DNA of 64,000 nucleotides. Origin: Deinococcales bacterium. Its GTDB lineage: Bacteria > Deinococcota > Deinococci > Deinococcales > JAAFIG01. The stretch is from positions 64,001 through 128,000 of the forward strand of contig JAYWGM010000101.1 of the NCBI GenBank assembly GCA_043778225.1, given 5' to 3'. A program made the position numbers and the translations under genes. Below, in pieces: positions 57,748 through 64,000 of the stretch. The stretch's first letter is position 1. Each line of letters starts with the position of its first letter. The notes beneath the pieces are model-generated. The model made no database searches. It worked only from the letters and a program-made list of their open reading frames with translations, and was not told the origin of the DNA.

Positions 57748-59187
57748 AAATTCACCGCCTTCAAAAATCAAATGCTGGGTGGCAAAAGGTGGTTTATCTT
57801 CTTGGCGGTGCGCGATAATCAGCAGTGTGGCATTTTGGTCTTGCAGCACTCGCCAAACCAAAGTCCGAGCCGTTGCATCCAAATAATCAAAGGCTTCGTC
57901 CAGAATAATCACCTCGGGGCGCAGCACCAAAGCTCGAGCCAAGAGTAATTTTCGCAGTTCGCCTTGTGAAGCGTACAAGGTATTGCGCTGCTCGAGAAAA
58001 CCAATTTCGAGTACATCTAGCAGTTCTTGGACTCGAGCCACCTCGGCTGCCGCAAGTGGTCTATGCCAGCCCAAGCCGCCACTGTAAGCACTGGCAACAA
58101 TTTCAAAACCAGTTGCCTCTAATCTGTGCCAAACTTGGGCATCGCTCGAGACCAGTGCAATTTTGGCGTGGCGCTCCCAGATTGGAGTTCGACTCGAGCC
58201 AAACCAACGCACCAAACCGCCAAAGGCAGGTGCAATATCGCCGCGCAAGAGTTTGGCAAAAGTGCTTTTGCCTGCTCCGTTTTGCCCAGTCACCAAGCAG
58301 TGCTGCCCTTGCCTGAGGGTAAAATTTATCTGCTCGAGAATCAGTTTTGTGGCACTTAAAGCATGACCATCCAAAGCTGTAGCATCATCTCCGCCAAGGT
58401 AGACATCGGCATTTTTTATTTCAATCAGGATGTTCGCTTGGGCTTGGTTTTTGGCTGGCTTTGACTTTTTGGCGGTCGTCTTGGTCTCGAGCCACCGACC
58501 CATTTTTCCCTGCTCAAGAAATAGCTTTTTTTCGTCTTTGACAAAAGGTGCTTCTTGGCGATGCGTGGTGTAGACCAATGTGCCACCAGTTGCCAAAAAA
58601 CCTTGCACCATCTGGCGCAAGCGTTCTCGAGCTTTGGTATCTATGCCACTAAAAAACTCATCGAGCAGCAACAGCCGTGGTGTGTTTAACAAGGCTCGAG
58701 CCAGCAGCACTTGGCGCATTTGCCCTTTGGAGAGCTTGGTAAAAACTTGCCCAAGCAGGGCTGTAATTTTCAGGTTTTCGGCAAGCTCGAGTAGTTTTTG
58801 TTCTTGGGCTGGCTCGAGTGGCGTGTATAAAAAATCAGTTTGGGCAAAGCCAGTTTGTAGCACTTCAAGGGCAGTCTGTTGGTGGTTTAGACGCTGATAG
58901 CGCTCTTGGATTTCTGGCGAGACCAGTGCCATCTGTTGCTTTGCCCCAATTGGGCTACTTCTGGGGAGCGACGTAAAATAATAGCTGCGCTGACCGCTCG
59001 AGTGCCAATGGTCGCCGTATAAAAGTTTTAGGAGGGTGCTTTTGCCCGAGCCATTTGCGCCACCAATCTGTACAACATCGCCACGACGAAGCTCAAGACT
59101 GATGTTCTCGAGCAGTACCCGACCATTGAGTTCCAGACCAGCTTGCTCGAGGGTGACTAACTCAGCTTGCTCGAGGGTATTTAACAT
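57730..59187 (-). CDS. Tandem ABC ATPase, ModF-like
   Basis: Two Walker A motifs (GANGSGKS, GQNGAGKS) and two signature motifs. Confidence 0.85.
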   Translation of the reverse strand: MLNTLEQAELVTLEQAGLELNGRVLLENISLELRRGDVVQIGGANGSGKSTLLKLLYGDHWHSSGQRSYYFTSLPRSSPIGAKQQMALVSPEIQERYQRLNHQQTALEVLQTGFAQTDFLYTPLEPAQEQKLLELAENLKITALLGQVFTKLSKGQMRQVLLARALLNTPRLLLLDEFFSGIDTKARERLRQMVQGFLATGGTLVYTTHRQEAPFVKDEKKLFLEQGKMGRWLETKTTAKKSKPAKNQAQANILIEIKNADVYLGGDDATALDGHALSATKLILEQINFTLRQGQHCLVTGQNGAGKSTFAKLLRGDIAPAFGGLVRWFGSSRTPIWERHAKIALVSSDAQVWHRLEATGFEIVASAYSGGLGWHRPLAAAEVARVQELLDVLEIGFLEQRNTLYASQGELRKLLLARALVLRPEVIILDEAFDYLDATARTLVWRVLQDQNATLLIIAHRQEDKPPFATQHLIFEGGEFLFSSR

Positions 59188-59235
59188 ACAAAAAAATATC
59201 CCCCAAATTACAGGGGATATTCAAGGGCTGGATAT

Positions 59236-59733
59236 TTATTTTGGCATCAGAACGCGGTCAATGACGTGAATCACACCATTGCTGGCTGCGACATCGGTGG
59301 CGATAACGCGGGTTAAGCGCTTGGATTCATCAACGATTGAAACGCCTCCACCAAGCACGTAAACGGTAAATTCGCCACCTTGAACGGTCTTAACTTTTTT
59401 GCGGTTCATACCAACCACATCGGCTGCCATCACTTTTCCAGCCACAACATGGTAGGTCAAGACTTTGACCAAAGCGGCTTTGTTTTCTGGCTTGAGGAGC
59501 ATATCCACTGTGCCGGCTGGCAGTTTAGCAAAGGCTTCGTTGGTTGGAGCAAAGACTGTAAACGGACCTGCACCCGAAAGTGTACCAACCAAGTCACCAG
59601 CTTTGACGGCGGCAACCAAGGTGGCAAAGCTGCTGTTCCCGACAGCAACATCCACAATTGTGCCGGGGGCGGTTTGAGCCACAACAGTCGAGAGCATCGC
59701 GGCGGTGAGTCCAAGAGCAAAGAATTTTTTCAT
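59236..59733 (-). CDS. Fasciclin-domain protein
   Basis: [28 protein letters not shown]. Confidence 0.95.
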   Translation of the reverse strand: MKKFFALGLTAAMLSTVVAQTAPGTIVDVAVGNSSFATLVAAVKAGDLVGTLSGAGPFTVFAPTNEAFAKLPAGTVDMLLKPENKAALVKVLTYHVVAGKVMAADVVGMNRKKVKTVQGGEFTVYVLGGGVSIVDESKRLTRVIATDVAASNGVIHVIDRVLMPK

Positions 59734-60006
59734 ATGTTTTACCTCGGGTTAGAGTCTACGCAGTTGGGTTGCCTAAAAACTCAGCCTCGAGTGACAATCA
59801 AAAGGAAGTCAAAGACACGAAATTTAACTTTTTTCAGGATTTACTTATATTTTTTTGTAGACCAGCCGACAATCGTAAACGTTATTTGTAATTAAAGCAC
59901 CTAAATTATTGTGCATTAAACCCGAATAGATTTTGGAAGTCTAAAAATTGTAATTCAAACTACAGTATAATCAAGTCACCCAAAAGCTGTGCTACCCTAT
60001 ACGTCC

Positions 60007-61722
60007 ATGAACCTCCTCAATCCGCGTGTTCTCGAGCGCTTAAATCTACATCGTGCCTTTCTTGGCGACCTGCGCCAAGCCCTGACCGCCAGCCTTGCGC
60101 CCGAAAGCGAACTGCGCGATGCCAAAGCCACTGCCGCCGGACTCGAGCAGAGTTTTTTGTTGGTTGTGGCTGGCGAATTTAACAGTGGCAAGTCGTCTTT
60201 GCTGAACGCCCTATTGGGCAGCGAGGCACTGCTTGAGGGCGTGACCCCAACCACCGATAAAGTCCAGATTTTGGTGCATGGGGAACGCGATATAACCACG
60301 CCTTATGAACCCGATGCTTTTGTGGTGCGGCGCGAACTGCCATTTGGGTTTCTCGAGGGTGTGGCATTGGTGGATACCCCCGGCACGAATGCGGTCATTC
60401 GTCAGCACCAGATTATCACCGAAGGATTTTTGCCACGCGCCGATTTACTGCTTTTTTTAACCAGTGCCGACCGTCCTTTTTCCGAATCCGAACGCCAATT
60501 TTTAACGATTGCCAAAGCCTGGTCGCGCAAAGTCGTGATCGTGATTAACAAAGTCGATTTGCTCGAGAACCAAGCCGACCGCGAGGCGGTTTTAGAATTT
60601 GTCAAAAGTAATGCTTTAGCCACGCTTGGCGAGAACCCGCCGCTTTTTATGGTCTCGGCACGGCAACACAAACGCGAAGGGACAGATGCGGGTTTTATGG
60701 CACTCGAGCAACACCTGCGCCAAGTTCTGGGCGAACAAAATCGGATTCGCTTAAAACTTTTATCGCCGCTCGGGGTAGCGACAGAACTTTTAACTCGAGC
60801 GACGGCTCGGGTCAAAGCCAGTCAAGAATTGTTGGCAACCGATGGCAAACTCTTAGCCGACCTCGAGAATGAATTTACAGAGCATCAAACCGACCTCAAA
60901 ACCCAACTCGAGGCGCAGTTAAATACAGTCTATGCGGTGCTGGATGGGGTGCAAAAACGCGGTGAGCTTTTTATAGACGATACCCTGCGCGTTTCTAAGA
61001 CTTTTGAACTCCTAAATTCCGAGAAAATCCGTGGGCGCTTTGAGCGCGAAGTGGTATCCGATGCGCCCCAGCAACTCGAGCGCCGTGTTTCAGAAATCAT
61101 TGATAGATTTTTAGAGCGCAATCTCAAATTTTGGAACGATACCGTACAACTTTTGGCAACCCGAGGTAAAGCCGACGAAACCCGAGCCGCCTTGGTACGT
61201 GGCGCACAATTTGATTACGACCGCCAAGGTTTGCTCGAGCGCCTTGGCAGTGCCGCCAGCACCGAAATTGCTCGCTTTGAGGGCGGTGAATTTGCCCGCC
61301 AACTGGCAACCGATGCCTCGAGTGCCGTAGTGCGCGGTGGCTTAACCAGTGTTGGTGGCTTGGGCTTAGGCGCACTGCTGGCTGGGGTTTTTGGCACACT
61401 GCTGGCAGATTTTACCGGTATTTTATTGGGTATTGCGGTGGCTGGCGTGGGCTTTTTAATTTTGCCACGCCGCCGCGCCCAAGCCAAAAGCGAACTCGAG
61501 CAGCGCATTCGTGAGACTCGAGAACGCTTGAGCGAGGTGCTGCTGCGCGAACACGACCTCGAGGGGCAACGCGCCCAAGGCAGGCTGCGCGACGCGATTG
61601 CGCCATTTACACGGTTTATTCGTGCCGAGACCGAACGCTATCAAAAAACCCAAGGCAGCCTCGAGACTTTACAAGCCCAAGCCAGCCGACTCAAGGCAGA
61701 AGTCGAAGCCTTTGAGGTTTAA
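60007..61722 (+). CDS. Bacterial dynamin-like GTPase
   Basis: GEFNSGKS, PTT, DTPG, NKVD, hydrophobic paddle and C-terminal coiled coil. Confidence 0.88.
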   Translation: MNLLNPRVLERLNLHRAFLGDLRQALTASLAPESELRDAKATAAGLEQSFLLVVAGEFNSGKSSLLNALLGSEALLEGVTPTTDKVQILVHGERDITTPYEPDAFVVRRELPFGFLEGVALVDTPGTNAVIRQHQIITEGFLPRADLLLFLTSADRPFSESERQFLTIAKAWSRKVVIVINKVDLLENQADREAVLEFVKSNALATLGENPPLFMVSARQHKREGTDAGFMALEQHLRQVLGEQNRIRLKLLSPLGVATELLTRATARVKASQELLATDGKLLADLENEFTEHQTDLKTQLEAQLNTVYAVLDGVQKRGELFIDDTLRVSKTFELLNSEKIRGRFEREVVSDAPQQLERRVSEIIDRFLERNLKFWNDTVQLLATRGKADETRAALVRGAQFDYDRQGLLERLGSAASTEIARFEGGEFARQLATDASSAVVRGGLTSVGGLGLGALLAGVFGTLLADFTGILLGIAVAGVGFLILPRRRAQAKSELEQRIRETRERLSEVLLREHDLEGQRAQGRLRDAIAPFTRFIRAETERYQKTQGSLETLQAQASRLKAEVEAFEV

Positions 61723-61732
61723 GGAATAAACC

Positions 61733-62440
61733 ATGAAAAAACTCTTGACCTGCTGCATTTTGCTGTTTGGATTGGCGATTGCCCAAAATCGCAGTCTTGA
61801 AGCTGCCAGAGCGCTTTACACCAAGGGCGACTTCAAGGGGGCAGCGTTGCTTGCCCAAGACCTCGAGACCTCAGAAGCCCAAGCCTTTGCTGCCAAAGCC
61901 AACAGTGTCTATGCCAGTACCCAAGCCGAAAACAAACAAGAAATTATTTATGTCCAATCCGAAGAATACGCCCGTAAAGCGATTGCGCTAAACACCAAAA
62001 ACCCCGATGCCTATTTTGAAGTGGCTCGAGCCTTGGGGCGTTTAAGCCAATTGCGCGGCATTGCCGCAGCCCTGACCCAAGGCTTAGGCACACAAATTCG
62101 TGAACAACTCGAAAATGCTCTGCAACTCGAGCCTAAACACACCAACAGCTTGGTGGCTTTTGGAATCTGGCACGCCGAAATTAGTGCTAAAGGGGTCGGC
62201 TGGTTGTACGGCGCAAGCCCCGAAGCCGCAATTGCTTATTTTGAACGCGGCAGTAAACTCGAGCCAAAGCTGATTTTACCCAAAGTCGAATATGCCAGAG
62301 GCTTACTTTTACTCGATAAGAAAAAACACCTCGAGAAAGCCATTGATTTACTCGAGCAAGCGGTCAAACTGACCCCCAACGATGCCGCCGACCGCCTAGA
62401 CTTAGCCAGAGCCAAACGCGATTTAGAGGCTTTGCGCTAA
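61733..62440 (+). CDS. Secreted TPR-like protein
   Basis: Signal peptide and TPR-like helical repeats. Confidence 0.75.
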   Translation: MKKLLTCCILLFGLAIAQNRSLEAARALYTKGDFKGAALLAQDLETSEAQAFAAKANSVYASTQAENKQEIIYVQSEEYARKAIALNTKNPDAYFEVARALGRLSQLRGIAAALTQGLGTQIREQLENALQLEPKHTNSLVAFGIWHAEISAKGVGWLYGASPEAAIAYFERGSKLEPKLILPKVEYARGLLLLDKKKHLEKAIDLLEQAVKLTPNDAADRLDLARAKRDLEALR

Positions 62441-63175
62441 AAACCCGCGCAATTTTTGCAGATAACCACGGTCTGTAAAATCCAAGTGCAATGGCGTGAC
62501 CGAAATAAACCCTTGCTCGAGGGCAGTGTAGTCTGAATCAGCTTCGGAGTCGCCAGTTGCCACACCACCAATCCAGTAATAATTTTTGCCGTCGGGGTCT
62601 TGGCGCTCTGCTACGTTGTCTTCGTAGTGGTGTGTTCCTTGCACCGTGACGCGCACCCCTTTTGGAATGCCGCTTGGGATATTGACGTTCAGCACTGTTT
62701 TATTAGGCAGCCCATGCTCGAGAATTTGCTGGGCGATGACTCGAGCAAAAGCTGCGCTATGGGTGTAATCCATGGCGTTGGCAAAGGACTGACTAAACGC
62801 AATGCTCGGAATACCAATGTGTGTCCCCTCGATGGCACAGGCAAATGTACCAGAGTGGGTTAAATCGTAGCCAAGATTAGGTCCATAGTTAATCCCACTG
62901 ACCACCAAGTCTGGTTTACCAAGCCGATGCACCCCCATGACCACACAATCGGTTGGTGTGCCATCCACACGGTAGGCTTTGATATTTGGGTGCAGTCCCT
63001 CGAGAACCGTGGGCTTAAAACGCAATGGACGGCGAATCGTAATCCCATGCCCAACGCCACTTTGCTCAAATTCTGGAGCGACAATAAAAACATCGCCGAG
63101 GTCAGCTAAGGCATTGGCAAGCGCCAAAAGCCCGTGGCTATAGATACCATCGTCGTTGGCGACCAGTATTTTCAT
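62423..63175 (-). CDS. surE: 5'/3'-nucleotidase SurE
   Basis: ILVANDDG, GTPTDCV, SGIN.G.N, SGT. Confidence 0.95.
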   Translation of the reverse strand: MKILVANDDGIYSHGLLALANALADLGDVFIVAPEFEQSGVGHGITIRRPLRFKPTVLEGLHPNIKAYRVDGTPTDCVVMGVHRLGKPDLVVSGINYGPNLGYDLTHSGTFACAIEGTHIGIPSIAFSQSFANAMDYTHSAAFARVIAQQILEHGLPNKTVLNVNIPSGIPKGVRVTVQGTHHYEDNVAERQDPDGKNYYWIGGVATGDSEADSDYTALEQGFISVTPLHLDFTDRGYLQKLRGFLAQSL

Positions 63176-63176
63176 C

Positions 63177-64000
63177 TTAAAACTCGACCACAAAAGCACT
63201 TTCAATAAAATCCTGCGCCCGTATTGTCTCGAGAATCGTGTCCGATGGACGAGCATCCAAACCGAGCGCAAAAAGCGCTTTACCACCCGGGGCATCGCGC
63301 CCAAGCTGCATACTGGCAATGTTGACATTGGCTTCGCCGAGTAGGCTGCCGATTTTACCAACCACGCCCGGCTGGTCAAAGTTGGTAGCAATTAAGGCAA
63401 AGCCCTCTGGGGCAATCTCGAGGCGGTAATTGCGAATTCTGGTAATTCTGGGCTGACGACCAAAGCACGTTCCCGATAAACTGCGAACCCGTTTGCCATC
63501 GGACATTGTGACTTTAATTTCGTTGGCATAATCTTCGGATTCGTCGGTGTGCTTGATGCTCACGGCAATGCCCTGTTCTCGAGCCAGCGCCCGAGCATTG
63601 ACAAAGTTCGGGGTTTCGCTGGTGACCCGTTTTAAGTAGCCAATCAAAACACTTGAAAAAACCGGCTCGAGTTCGCTTGGGTTTGCGCCACCCATGCTTA
63701 AACTTGGGAATTTGCCGCCAAATTCAACTTCGATTTCGGTGGCTGTGCCAATTTCAAGTTGCGCCAGCATTATCCCCATCCGCTCGGCTAAAATCATATA
63801 CGGACCAAGTTTTTCGAGCGCACTGGCATCAAGTTTTGGGGCATTGATTGCCCCATGCGAATAATCGCCCAACAGGGCTGCACAGACCCGCTCGAGAATT
63901 TCATTGCCAACGCGGTCTTGGGCTTCGGTTGTGTTTGCCCCCAAATGCGCCGTTAAAACCACATCGTCGCGCCCAAGCAGTGGATTATCTAAACTGGGTG
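63177..64000 (-). CDS. serA: D-3-phosphoglycerate dehydrogenase, 5' end outside the window
   Basis: HLGANT.EAQ, ASB domain, ACT domain (DQPGVVG..G..LG...VNIA.M). Confidence 0.92.
   Translation of the reverse strand, partial: PSLDNPLLGRDDVVLTAHLGANTTEAQDRVGNEILERVCAALLGDYSHGAINAPKLDASALEKLGPYMILAERMGIMLAQLEIGTATEIEVEFGGKFPSLSMGGANPSELEPVFSSVLIGYLKRVTSETPNFVNARALAREQGIAVSIKHTDESEDYANEIKVTMSDGKRVRSLSGTCFGRQPRITRIRNYRLEIAPEGFALIATNFDQPGVVGKIGSLLGEANVNIASMQLGRDAPGGKALFALGLDARPSDTILETIRAQDFIESAFVVEF

Noticed and set aside
60007..62440. Dynamin-like GTPase plus TPR protein as an anti-phage system
   Set aside because: Housekeeping context (surE, serA), typical CTCGAG density and no defence-island features.
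1..64000. tRNA, rRNA, prophage or transposase genes
   Set aside because: No cloverleaf or rRNA signatures, and no integrase, transposase or phage structural motifs were recognised.

Overview
Chromosomal window (roughly 48-50% GC by eye) from a Deinococcota bacterium, inferred from the Thermus/Deinococcus-type Mdh, LysW-pathway lysJ/lysK, DUF4388-pilT, BrxC and leaderless TANNNT-ATG promoters. It carries a phosphate-scavenging locus (divergent phoA/phoX plus a metal-type ABC exporter module), a CheB-CheR-PAS kinase cluster, a large beta-mannan/glucan utilisation locus, an orphan M.HindIII-like methyltransferase, two HigBA-type toxin-antitoxin pairs and many housekeeping genes. No rRNA, tRNA, CRISPR array or transposase gene was seen. 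The most unusual signals are: (1) extreme iteration of the palindrome CTCGAG (23 copies counted in the first 3 kb), which forms terminator stems and sits at gene-fusion and duplication junctions; (2) at least six sequence-unrelated tandem arrays with nearly the same 24-27 bp period, all at gene boundaries, suggesting a fixed-length duplication process; (3) a single ORF fusing two sugar ABC permeases to an O-acyltransferase, next to a CE7 deacetylase; (4) Pho-box-like 11-bp repeats and a Fur-like palindrome between Zn-dependent PhoA and Fe/Ca-dependent PhoX. All protein assignments come from motif recognition by eye, not from database searches.
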